A DNA stretch of 64,000 nucleotides from an uncultured Gammaproteobacteria bacterium (GTDB lineage Bacteria > Patescibacteriota > Microgenomatia > 2-02-FULL-39-11), in contig CAYIFB010000005.1 in NCBI GenBank assembly GCA_964362665.1, positions 2,556 to 66,555 of the forward strand, in the 5' to 3' direction. Positions 39,838 to 48,179 of the stretch are shown here, one piece after another. Below the pieces are notes generated by a model, which was given only the letters and a program-made list of their open reading frames with translations, had not been told where the DNA came from and did not search any database. How positions within the stretch are numbered: position 1 is the first letter of the stretch; each line of letters begins with the position of its first letter. The translations under genes were made by a program, and so were the position numbers.

Positions 39838-41635
39838 AAATGAAAGTGGTGGGCGAGCTGTAAACTTGCTTTAATTTCCATTTAGTTATCAGTTCAGGTT
39901 TTGGCATATTTGTATCACGACTGTACAAAACATAGGACACGTTGTATTTTTTAAAAATTGCCGGTGCATCGGTATCATTTTTGGGTGAGAAAACCAGATA
40001 GGCATCCTCCTTTTTTTTGGTAGAAGCATAGGTATTTGCGGGATGACCATAGACAACTTTGTCATGGGTAAAAGCCGGAATCAGATTGCCTATAAAGCCT
40101 CCGGCAAGAACAACTGACTTATCAGGGGAGTTTTTGTCGAGCCACTTGAAAGCCTTCATGATGTCGTTGGGAACGTAAATATTATAAAAGTTTTTGGTAA
40201 ACTGCAAAGGTTCATTGGTCAGGGAAAAATAAAAGGGAACAAGAGAATACAGGAGTATGGCGACTAAAATTAAAGTGGAAATTATTTTCTGATGTTTGGT
40301 AAAAATTGTTTCCAGATACATGGCTCCAAATCCTGCTAAAATACCGATGGGAATATAGGTGGCAGTTTCCAGAAAATAAACATCACCCAACTGGGGCAGA
40401 AAAAATCTGAATAAGGGAATTCCCAGAATGGGAAAAATAGCCCATCCCAAGAGTATTAAGGAAAGAAAAGTTAATTTCTTGAACATCACTTTCAGTCCGA
40501 TTACCATAAGTATAAAAAATGGACCAAGTGATAAAAGATACTCCCATAATTTGAAAGAAAAAGTGAATTTTACGGCTACTTTATTGTATCCCGACCAGGG
40601 AAAGCCGGAGCGGGAAATGTAAAAAATATATACAAGAGACAATCCGGCTAGCGCGACGTAGACTGCGATGAGCATTAACTTATTTAAGAATAGCGGGTCC
40701 TGTCTCAATATTCGCGGGTCCTGCCGCAAGTTTCTCTCCCGCCAGTACTCGCCTCCGATTGTCGGTTGCGTGCTGTCGGGATCCCTTCTTCTTGCGTCAC
40801 CCGCTCTGATAAAATTTATTATCTGATTAATTAGAACTATCAAAACTGCCGTACCCAGTCCGCCTAAGAGGCTAAGCATGGTGGCAAAATACACAAAACC
40901 CGCCAAAAACCCCAACAAACCTGCCAAGAGACAATAACGGAGTAAATTTTTTTCGAGAGCAATAACAAGAAAATAAACAGACCAAACAGCCAGAATCGTA
41001 CTCAAAAGATGATGGGGAATATAGGTAATTCTCATGATGGGATCAAGTCTGGTCCAGAAAGAGAGAAACTGTTGAAACTCATATTGTCCGTTATTAAACT
41101 TTAAAAACCAGAAGCTATTATTGATTAGAAGAAATAAACAAGTCCAGACGAAATACTTAGGGCTCGTTCCTGAATAATCCTTACGATTATTTAGGATTAC
41201 GGCCCTATGTGGCGTATCCAAAATGTCAACGTTATTTTGGAGTACGCCCTTTTTACTGCCAAAGATTTTATGGGCCAGAAAAAAAGAAGACAAAATCAGG
41301 ACGAACCCGAGAATAATTCTTGAGAAAAAGTAAACGTTGACAAGGGACAGATGAAACCATTTCGCCAGGTGTCCTGTGAACGCGTAGAAAGTATGGACAA
41401 AGGCAGGGGTAAAGCTTTCAGGGGTCATGTAGGTTGTCAAAAGCCAGTGTCCGTCAAACCCCTGGCGCATCAGGGAAAGGTAATAAAAATAATCATCAGG
41501 ATGGTTATGCACCAAAGGAAATACGGTTCCGGCAGGGGTATGTTTCAACCGGGTAAGGTCGGGAATGATGGAAAGTAAAACAAAAGAAGCAGCTAGCAGG
41601 GCCAAAAGAAAGACTGGATTTTTTACTCTTTTCAT
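39824..41635 (-). CDS. GT-C-like membrane protein, paralog family member 4, with two in-frame element inserts
   Basis: DYFYYLSLMRQG, RITYIPHH, GNLIPAFTH..VVYGHPANT; inserts at 41156-41251 and 40693-40804. Confidence 0.78.
   Translation of the reverse strand: MKRVKNPVFLLALLAASFVLLSIIPDLTRLKHTPAGTVFPLVHNHPDDYFYYLSLMRQGFDGHWLLTTYMTPESFTPAFVHTFYAFTGHLAKWFHLSLVNVYFFSRIILGFVLILSSFFLAHKIFGSKKGVLQNNVDILDTPHRAVILNNRKDYSGTSPKYFVWTCLFLLINNSFWFLKFNNGQYEFQQFLSFWTRLDPIMRITYIPHHLLSTILAVWSVYFLVIALEKNLLRYCLLAGLLGFLAGFVYFATMLSLLGGLGTAVLIVLINQIINFIRAGDARRRDPDSTQPTIGGEYWRERNLRQDPRILRQDPLFLNKLMLIAVYVALAGLSLVYIFYISRSGFPWSGYNKVAVKFTFSFKLWEYLLSLGPFFILMVIGLKVMFKKLTFLSLILLGWAIFPILGIPLFRFFLPQLGDVYFLETATYIPIGILAGFGAMYLETIFTKHQKIISTLILVAILLYSLVPFYFSLTNEPLQFTKNFYNIYVPNDIMKAFKWLDKNSPDKSVVLAGGFIGNLIPAFTHDKVVYGHPANTYASTKKKEDAYLVFSPKNDTDAPAIFKKYNVSYVLYSRDTNMPKPELITKWKLKQVYSSPTTFIYEKN
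40693..40804. mobile_element. Family B copy 4 (40714-40804) plus a duplicated end (40693-40702), in frame
   Basis: GCGGGT...ACCCGC termini; about 84/90 identical to 50147-50236; encodes AGDARRRDPDSTQPTIGGEYWRERNLRQDPRILRQDP. Confidence 0.9.
41156..41251 (-). mobile_element. Family A copy 2, 96-bp in-frame insert
   Basis: Matches 2204-2299 with 1 mismatch; encodes KGVLQNNVDILDTPHRAVILNNRKDYSGTSPK (32 aa). Confidence 0.92.
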
Positions 41636-41669
41636 GTATTATGTACTTGATTATTTTGAATTATATTAT

Positions 41670-42677
41670 ATGAATAATTCTAAAGTTTTGAAAGTCGCAG
41701 TCATAGGGGTCGGAGCCATGGGTAGAAATCACGCCCGAAGTTATTCCTCTATAAAAGGCGCCTCTTTAGTCGGAGTTGCGGATGTGAACGAAAGCCTGGG
41801 TCGAAAAATTGCCAAGACGTATCACACCAAGTTTTATGCGAGTTATTTAGATTTAATCAGTAATGAAAAACCCCAGGCCGTTAGCATAGTTGTGCCGACG
41901 TCGTTGCATTTTAAAGTTGCCATGGACTGCATCAACCACGGAATTTCAGTTCTGGTGGAAAAACCCCTCACCTCAACAGTTGAGGAAGCGGAAAAGCTAG
42001 TCAGAGAAGCCAAAAAAAGAAAAGTTGTCATACTGGCAGGACATATTGAGCGGTATAATCCGGTTATTGTAAAACTGCAGAAATTGATTAACTCAGGGAA
42101 ATTTGGCGATATTTTATCCATTGTAGTAAAAAGAGTCGGACTTTATCCGCCCAGGGTCAGGGACGTCAATGTGGTGACTGATTTGGCTGTGCATGATTTG
42201 GACATTATCTGTTCACTTCTTGGCCAAACGCCCACGCGGGTTTATGCCAGGGGAGGAAGAAGTTTAAACAATCAGAGGATAGACCACGCCGAAATTTTCC
42301 TCGACTTCGACCGCTCCAGCTGTTTTATTCAGGTCAATTGGATTACACCAATTAAAATAAGAACTCTGTCTATTACCGGAAAAAAAGGATTTGCAGAAAT
42401 CGATTATGTAGCTCAAAAGTTGGATATTTATAAATCAAATAACAACACCGGACTGCCTGCAGGCTTTCAGGAATTTCTTTCCAAATTCGGCGCTCCGCAA
42501 AAAGAGCAAATCAGACTTAAAGGGGAAGAACCCTTACGTCTCGAGCTTGAAGATTTTATACAGGCCGCCAGATTAAACAGATCCACTCTGGTTACTCCGG
42601 AGGAAGGAGTCCGGGCAGTAATGCTTTCCCAGGCAGTTCTTAAAAGCATCGAGCAAAATAAACCTGTTAAAATATGA
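41670..42677 (+). CDS. Gfo/Idh/MocA oxidoreductase (WbpB/WlbA-like NDP-sugar 3-dehydrogenase)
   Basis: GVGAMG..H, VLVEKP, GHIERYNP, DLAVHDLD; ATG 41670. Confidence 0.85.
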   Translation: MNNSKVLKVAVIGVGAMGRNHARSYSSIKGASLVGVADVNESLGRKIAKTYHTKFYASYLDLISNEKPQAVSIVVPTSLHFKVAMDCINHGISVLVEKPLTSTVEEAEKLVREAKKRKVVILAGHIERYNPVIVKLQKLINSGKFGDILSIVVKRVGLYPPRVRDVNVVTDLAVHDLDIICSLLGQTPTRVYARGGRSLNNQRIDHAEIFLDFDRSSCFIQVNWITPIKIRTLSITGKKGFAEIDYVAQKLDIYKSNNNTGLPAGFQEFLSKFGAPQKEQIRLKGEEPLRLELEDFIQAARLNRSTLVTPEEGVRAVMLSQAVLKSIEQNKPVKI

Positions 42678-43405
42678 AAAAAGTTTTTATCAGCGGATCT
42701 ACCCGCGGAATTGGGCGGGAAACCGCGCTAGAATTTGCAAGGAACGGCTATTGTGTGATTCTTAATGGACGACGTAAAAATCAAAAATCAGAGCAGATAC
42801 TTGCGGATATTAAAAAAATTTCCCCTGACTGCGAAATTTACTATTTTGATGTGTCAGATAAGAATAAAGTCAAACAAAACTGCCAAAAGATAGTTAAAAA
42901 ACACGGCTCTCTCGATGTTCTGGTGAATAATGCAGGTATAATCAAAGACAGTTCGTTCATTAAAATGAGTAACGAAGATTGGGATAAAGTTATTAAGACG
43001 AACCTTTATGGTCCTTATAATCTTATCAAAAACTTTTTGCCGGCAATGATCAAAAGACACTACGGGCGAATAATAAATATTTCATCTGTGGTGGCTTTGA
43101 CAGGTAACTTCGGGCAAACAAATTATGCTGCTTCCAAAGCAGGACTTTTGGGATTGACGAAGTCACTTTCCAAGGAAACGGCCAGATATAATATTACAGT
43201 CAACGCAGTTTGTCCCGGTTTTACTAAAACAGAGATGACAGCTTCAATTCCCAAAGATATATTAGAGAAAAAAATCCTGCCTAAAATTCCTGCCGGAAGG
43301 CTGTGTGATCCGAGAGAAGTCGCCAAATTAATCCTGTTTCTTTCCTCCGAGGAGAGCGGTTACATTAATGGAGAATGCATCAATATTAATGGAGGAATGT
43401 TTTAA
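42674..43405 (+). CDS. FabG/PhaB-like 3-oxoacyl reductase
   Basis: GSTRGIG, NNAGI, GQTNYAASKAG, PGF..TEM. Confidence 0.85.
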   Translation: MKKVFISGSTRGIGRETALEFARNGYCVILNGRRKNQKSEQILADIKKISPDCEIYYFDVSDKNKVKQNCQKIVKKHGSLDVLVNNAGIIKDSSFIKMSNEDWDKVIKTNLYGPYNLIKNFLPAMIKRHYGRIINISSVVALTGNFGQTNYAASKAGLLGLTKSLSKETARYNITVNAVCPGFTKTEMTASIPKDILEKKILPKIPAGRLCDPREVAKLILFLSSEESGYINGECININGGMF

Positions 43406-43406
43406 A

Positions 43407-44081
43407 ATGAATGATTGTTTTATCGGTAAATTCGTCAAAATAGGGAGAGGCATAAAAATGGGCCACAACGTGGTTATCCATGACCATGTAACCATCGGAA
43501 AAAACGTACAAATTCACGACAACGCAGTGATAGGACAAAAGCCTTTTTCTTCTAAAATTTTAACCAGAAAATCTACGGCCGGGGCAAAAACTGTCATTTC
43601 TGACGGTAGTATTATAGGTGCAAATGTCGTGCTTTATGCCGGTTGCCAGATCGGGAAAAATACCATTATCTCGGATTTGGCAGCCATCCGCGAAAACTGC
43701 CGGATTGGAAATCAATGTACAATCGGAACCGGAGTGACCATAAATTTAGGAGCGGTAATCAAAAACAAGGTGAGAATCATGAATTCATCGCACATAACTT
43801 CCGATACTTTAATTGAAGATAATGTCTTTATCAGCGTGCATGTCACTTCCACCAATGATAATAAAATGGGCAGGTCAAAATTTAAAATGAAAGGCGTACA
43901 TATAAAAAAAGGCGCCTCAATAGGAGCTGGCGTAGTTTTCCTGCCGGGGGTGACTGTAGGAAGGCAGGCGGTAGTTGGCGCAGGAGCTGTCGTGACCCAT
44001 GACATTCCTGACAACAAAATGGTCTTCGGAATTCCTGCCAGAATTGTCAAAGATACGCCTGAAGATATGAAAAGCAAGTAA
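43407..44081 (+). CDS. Hexapeptide-repeat N-acyltransferase (WbpD/WlbB-like)
   Basis: Left-handed beta-helix repeats, GASIGAG, GAGAVVT.D, G.PAR. Confidence 0.88.
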   Translation: MNDCFIGKFVKIGRGIKMGHNVVIHDHVTIGKNVQIHDNAVIGQKPFSSKILTRKSTAGAKTVISDGSIIGANVVLYAGCQIGKNTIISDLAAIRENCRIGNQCTIGTGVTINLGAVIKNKVRIMNSSHITSDTLIEDNVFISVHVTSTNDNKMGRSKFKMKGVHIKKGASIGAGVVFLPGVTVGRQAVVGAGAVVTHDIPDNKMVFGIPARIVKDTPEDMKSK

Positions 44082-44086
44082 TAATT

Positions 44087-45289
44087 ATGGAAATAAAAAT
44101 TTCTAATCCCTTTATCGGCAAAGAGGAAATAAACGCCGTTATCAAAGTGTTAAAAAGCGGAAATTTAGCCAGCGGAAACGTGGTTTCCGAGTTTGAAAGA
44201 GAATTTAAAGAGTATATCGGCGTCAAACATGTTGTTGCAGTATCAAGCGGTACTTCAGCATTACTTATTTCATTACTCGCCCTCGGAATTGGCCCGGGTG
44301 ATGAGGTGATTACTACTGCTTTTACTTTCCGGGCTACGATTGAAACCATTATTTTTTGCGGTGCCCTCCCCAAACTTGTTGATATTGATCCTTCTACCTA
44401 TAACATTAATCCTGATCTCATTGAACAGGCAATTACCAAGAGAACCCGTGCCATTCTCCCAGTCCACCTCTACGGACTCCCTTGTGATATGAATTCCATC
44501 ATGAGAATTGCCAAAAAGCACAATCTGAAAGTCATAGAAGACTGTGCACAGGCGCATGGAGCGTCTATCGCAGCCTCTGAGGTCGGTATGACTTTTTTGC
44601 GCACCTCCCAAACTCCCCCGATGCTATATCGGGGTCGAGGCCGTGGGCGTGCTCAAAAAGCATACCTCCCCGCGGCTGCTGAAGTTTTGCAAAAAGTAGG
44701 CAGTATAGGCGACGCGGGGTGTTTTTCGTTTTACGCTACCAAAAATATGACGACAGGTGAGGGGGGAATGATTACCACCAATAATGATGAATTATTTCAA
44801 AATATACTTCGTATCATAAAACATGAGGGGAAATTAAATATTGATTTATTAGATATACATTTCAGGATGACCGATATCCAGGCAGCGTTAGGACGGGTGC
44901 AATTAAAAAGATTAGACAGACTAAACAGGATAAGAATTAAAAATGCCAATTTTTATAAGCAAAAATTAAGTACGGTGAAAGGTTTGATCTGCCCGAAGGT
45001 GCCGGAAGGCAAAAAACATGTTTTTCATCAGTATACGGTGAAAATCAATGATAATTATTCTCTCTCCCGAGAGATGCTGTTAAAGAAATTAGAACAAGCT
45101 GGAATTCAAGCGAGAATCTATTATCCTCAGCCAATTCATAAATTATCATTATTTACAGGGTTATTCACCGGAAAAAATTTATCCCGGTCAGAACAAGTGG
45201 CCAAAGAGGTTTTATCACTTCCCATACATCCCAAACTTAATATAAAACAATTAAAGTCGATCGTTAACTGCCTTAAAAACGATAAATAA
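44087..45289 (+). CDS. DegT-family sugar aminotransferase 2 (WbpE/WlbC-like)
   Basis: SSGTSAL, EDCAQAHG, FSFYATKNMTTGEGG, RMTDIQAA. Confidence 0.92.
   Translation: MEIKISNPFIGKEEINAVIKVLKSGNLASGNVVSEFEREFKEYIGVKHVVAVSSGTSALLISLLALGIGPGDEVITTAFTFRATIETIIFCGALPKLVDIDPSTYNINPDLIEQAITKRTRAILPVHLYGLPCDMNSIMRIAKKHNLKVIEDCAQAHGASIAASEVGMTFLRTSQTPPMLYRGRGRGRAQKAYLPAAAEVLQKVGSIGDAGCFSFYATKNMTTGEGGMITTNNDELFQNILRIIKHEGKLNIDLLDIHFRMTDIQAALGRVQLKRLDRLNRIRIKNANFYKQKLSTVKGLICPKVPEGKKHVFHQYTVKINDNYSLSREMLLKKLEQAGIQARIYYPQPIHKLSLFTGLFTGKNLSRSEQVAKEVLSLPIHPKLNIKQLKSIVNCLKNDK
44570..44679. mobile_element. Family F element, in frame in DegT2
   Basis: GCAGCC..CTGAGGTCGG-TATG-ACTTTTT...CCCCGAT/ATCGGGG...AAAAAG-CATA-CCTCCCCGC-GGCTGC long hairpin. 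Confidence 0.88.
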
Positions 45290-47018
45290 CTGCCTGAGGA
45301 TTATTGTAGACAGGTTTTAAAAAGGGATAGACCATCTCTAAGCTCTTTCCTTTGGATTTTTCTTTTTCCTGGACGCTGACGAAGATATATTTGACACGGT
45401 TATTTTTCAGGAAGATTTCCGCTTCCCGTACCGGCATTTTGCCTGTATAAAATCTATCAACCAGACGCTGTTTTTCCTCATAATTGACGGTATTTGATTG
45501 GCCAAAGAAGACGGTATTGCCGGAGTAGGCGGGAATAAAATTGCCGGCGGTGATTTCAGCCAAAACCACATCACTGCGAATTGTGTTATTTTTCAGCCAG
45601 CGTATGCCATCCATCCAGGTTCTCAGAGGATACATGGTTTGGGGAGGATAGGGGACAGCCGGAATATTGGCCCGTACTCTTTGGGTAATGAAATTGGTCT
45701 GCCAGGATATACTAACTTTCATCATAAAGAAATTTAATGCAAGATAACAAATAACAAATAACAGATAACAGAAACAGAAAAAATGCTTTACCGACAAATC
45801 TTTATATTTGAAACTCACGATAAATTCCCAAACTTGTTGGAAAAAGTAAACAGCCAGAAGTCCTAAAGGAATGAAAAGCCCGGTTTGGGTGAAGCGGAGC
45901 GGGCTTTGCTCTTTGATATAGGTAAAAAGTATGGCAAAAAGAAAAGTCATCAAAATCCAAAAAGTGAGAGGATGAAATTTGCTGTCTCTTTTGACAAGTG
46001 AGATGAAAATACCAAAAAGAGCCAGAAAAAAGACAGGACCGGTTCCCAAAAGATATTCCCAAAAAGGAATGAGCATAGGATGGGTCTGGTGGAAAATTAC
46101 CAGAGATGACCAGGGAGGTACGCGGGTGATAAAAAATAAGTAAATTAAAGATGGTGCACTAAGAATTATGAATAATATCAGCTTGCTGAGGTCGGGTAAG
46201 AAATTTGTCGTATCTGCAAGTCGTTCGTCTCGATTGAATAGGGACTCACTCTCCCTTCGGTGCAGATAACGCCAAATTTTTACCCTCCCCGCAAGCTTAA
46301 TGAAGATGATTGTCATAATGATTCCGTAAAGAGTCATTAAACTTGGAGGAAACACTAAGCCTACGGCATTGCCTAAAATTATTAGCGGTATCAATTGTTT
46401 CAATGATAAATTGTTAATTTTTTTTATTACCAACCAATACAGCAGGAAAAACGATCCGACCTGGCCGAATAAGATGTGGGGGATGAAGGTGATTCTTTGC
46501 ACCGCGTCGATATTCGACCACCATTCCATGAACCGGCCGACCTGAAACGCTCCATTATTTTCCATGATCAGCCTGGGAAAACTGCCTGATGAAAGAATTA
46601 TTAAAAAGGCTAAAACCTGCCAGAAAAACTTTTTAAAATATACTTTGGTCAGGAAACAAATCATAATTAAAAGTAGAGGAGACAGAATAATCCTGCCCAA
46701 CTGATAAGCTGAATTAGGACTTAGTCCCATCGTTTTACCAAGTAGTCCTAAAACGACATAAAATTCCTGAATGAGTGATCCCTGGTGTGGTTCGCTCGTG
46801 AAACGCTCCAGGGCAGTCAGGCGTCCTTCAGTGCCCTGTCTGATTTTGGAGAGGTAAAGATTATAATCAGGCCAGTAGAAATTATGTTCCAGAATAAATT
46901 CACGGTTAGGGTCTCCCAGGCTTTTGGACTTCGATAATTCAAAAATCGTGGGATAAAAAGAGATTGCCAAAAAAACGATTATTAGAGAAGTAAAAATGAT
47001 AGTTTTTACTGAATTCAT
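45273..47018 (-). CDS. GT-C-like membrane protein, paralog family member 5, with in-frame insert
   Basis: DYNLYLSKIRQG, QRITFIPH, GNFIPAYSGNTVFFGQSNT; start at ATG 47018, since the upstream ORF extension is translated repeat DNA. Confidence 0.78.
   Translation of the reverse strand: MNSVKTIIFTSLIIVFLAISFYPTIFELSKSKSLGDPNREFILEHNFYWPDYNLYLSKIRQGTEGRLTALERFTSEPHQGSLIQEFYVVLGLLGKTMGLSPNSAYQLGRIILSPLLLIMICFLTKVYFKKFFWQVLAFLIILSSGSFPRLIMENNGAFQVGRFMEWWSNIDAVQRITFIPHILFGQVGSFFLLYWLVIKKINNLSLKQLIPLIILGNAVGLVFPPSLMTLYGIIMTIIFIKLAGRVKIWRYLHRRESESLFNRDERLADTTNFLPDLSKLILFIILSAPSLIYLFFITRVPPWSSLVIFHQTHPMLIPFWEYLLGTGPVFFLALFGIFISLVKRDSKFHPLTFWILMTFLFAILFTYIKEQSPLRFTQTGLFIPLGLLAVYFFQQVWEFIVSFKYKDLSVKHFFCFCYLLFVICYLALNFFMMKVSISWQTNFITQRVRANIPAVPYPPQTMYPLRTWMDGIRWLKNNTIRSDVVLAEITAGNFIPAYSGNTVFFGQSNTVNYEEKQRLVDRFYTGKMPVREAEIFLKNNRVKYIFVSVQEKEKSKGKSLEMVYPFLKPVYNNPQAVIYRF
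45744..45771. repeat. In-frame heptamer tandem repeat (ATAACAR x4)
   Basis: ATAACAA ATAACAA ATAACAG ATAACAG; encodes CYLLFVICY. Confidence 0.7.
46180..46297. mobile_element. Family F element, in frame in paralog 5
   Basis: AGCTTGCTGAGGTCGGGTAAGAAATTTG...TATCTGCA...TGCAGATA...CAAATTTTTACCCTCCCCGCAAGCT; encodes AGRVKIWRYLHRRESESLFNRDERLADTTNFLPDLSK. Confidence 0.88.
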
Positions 47019-47020
47019 AC

Positions 47021-47097
47021 GAGATCCTTCGACGCGTTTCGGGACGTACCGTATGGAACATCCCTTCGCTTGCTCAGGATGACATCGCCTTCGGCGA
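47021..47097. repeat. Composite family D element upstream of paralog 5
   Basis: GAGATCCTTCGAC...CTTCGCTTGCTCAGGATGAC followed by the TCGCC-ttc-GGCGA hairpin. Confidence 0.8.
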
Positions 47098-47144
47098 GTC
47101 ACTTGACCATGATAATATTATAGCTTAACATAAGGCACGAATAT

Positions 47145-48179
47145 ATGACTTTTCTTTCAATCATCATACCTGTTTACAATTCTCAAAATTCGATCACCCC
47201 TCTTTTAAATTCCCTGATTTCCGCCAGGAAGGTGAACTTTAAGGAAATTGAACTGATCCTGGTGGACGACGCGTCACAGGATAATTCTTTGAAACTTATA
47301 GAGAAATGGCTTACCTTAAAGGGTGACACCTTTAAAGGTGTGAAGACTTTGAGTCTGAAGAAAAATTCCGGTCCGGCCAAAGCCCGTAATATCGGAGTCA
47401 AATACGCCAAGGGAAAGGTAGTATTATTTCTAGATTCTGATGTAGAAGTTTATAGTAATACTCTTTTTGAAATAATAAGATCCTTTAAAAATGATCCGGA
47501 TCTTCATGCTTTGACAGGGGTCTGGGATAAAAAGCAGAAAGGACATAAATTATTCCAGAAATTCAAAGCCTTGAGAGACTGGAGCTATTGGATTAATGAA
47601 CGCGATCCCCGCAATTATTATTATTTATTTTCGACCCGCATCGCCGCCATCGACAGGCAGTTATTTTTAAGGCTTGGCGGGTTTGATACGACTTATAAAG
47701 CCGCTCTGGTTGAAGATATCGAACTGACTTATAGAATTGCCAAAAGGTATGCGGTGGTTTTCGACCCGAAAGCCATTGTCCGTCATGAATTTGAGGATTT
47801 TGGACCAATTTTCCGGAAATATTTCTGGAGATCATACTACTGGAGCCGGATTTACCGCGAAAGGAAAAAATTTGATCCTGTCGCAACTACCGGTAAGGAA
47901 GCAGTGACCACAATATCGGCAGGAGGCTTGGTAGCAGTATCGGCATTGATGTTATTTAGTTCTTTAAGTCACTTAAATTATTTACAATACGTATTTCAAA
48001 CTACTTTCTACCTGCTACTGATTATTCATCTCTGGGGGGTACGCAAATTTCTCTGGTTTGTCTTTCAGGAAGAGGGAATTATTTTTGCTTTTTATTCTTT
48101 TTTGACAGGTATTGCTTTATACCTGGCGATTCTTTCCGGGGCTGCTTATTCATTGTTGTGGAACAACCGTCGGAATTAA
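47145..48179 (+). CDS. GT2 glycosyltransferase with C-terminal TM helices
   Basis: SIIIPVYN, VDDASQD, GPAKARN.G, FLDSD, EDIEL. Confidence 0.9.
   Translation: MTFLSIIIPVYNSQNSITPLLNSLISARKVNFKEIELILVDDASQDNSLKLIEKWLTLKGDTFKGVKTLSLKKNSGPAKARNIGVKYAKGKVVLFLDSDVEVYSNTLFEIIRSFKNDPDLHALTGVWDKKQKGHKLFQKFKALRDWSYWINERDPRNYYYLFSTRIAAIDRQLFLRLGGFDTTYKAALVEDIELTYRIAKRYAVVFDPKAIVRHEFEDFGPIFRKYFWRSYYWSRIYRERKKFDPVATTGKEAVTTISAGGLVAVSALMLFSSLSHLNYLQYVFQTTFYLLLIIHLWGVRKFLWFVFQEEGIIFAFYSFLTGIALYLAILSGAAYSLLWNNRRN
47313..47339. repeat. E-like palindrome, in frame in GT2
   Basis: ACCTTAAAGGGTGACACCTTTAAAGGT; encodes TLKGDTFKG. Confidence 0.6.

Noticed and set aside
36131-46297. Inteins or self-splicing introns as the explanation for the in-frame inserts
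   Set aside because: The inserts are too short and lack Cys/Ser...His-Asn intein ends or group I/II cores; RNA-level removal cannot be excluded without transcript data.
47019-47102. N-terminal extension MTRRRRCHPEQAKG of ORF 45273..47102
   Set aside because: Translated family D repeat DNA; paralogs begin at the equivalent of ATG 47018.
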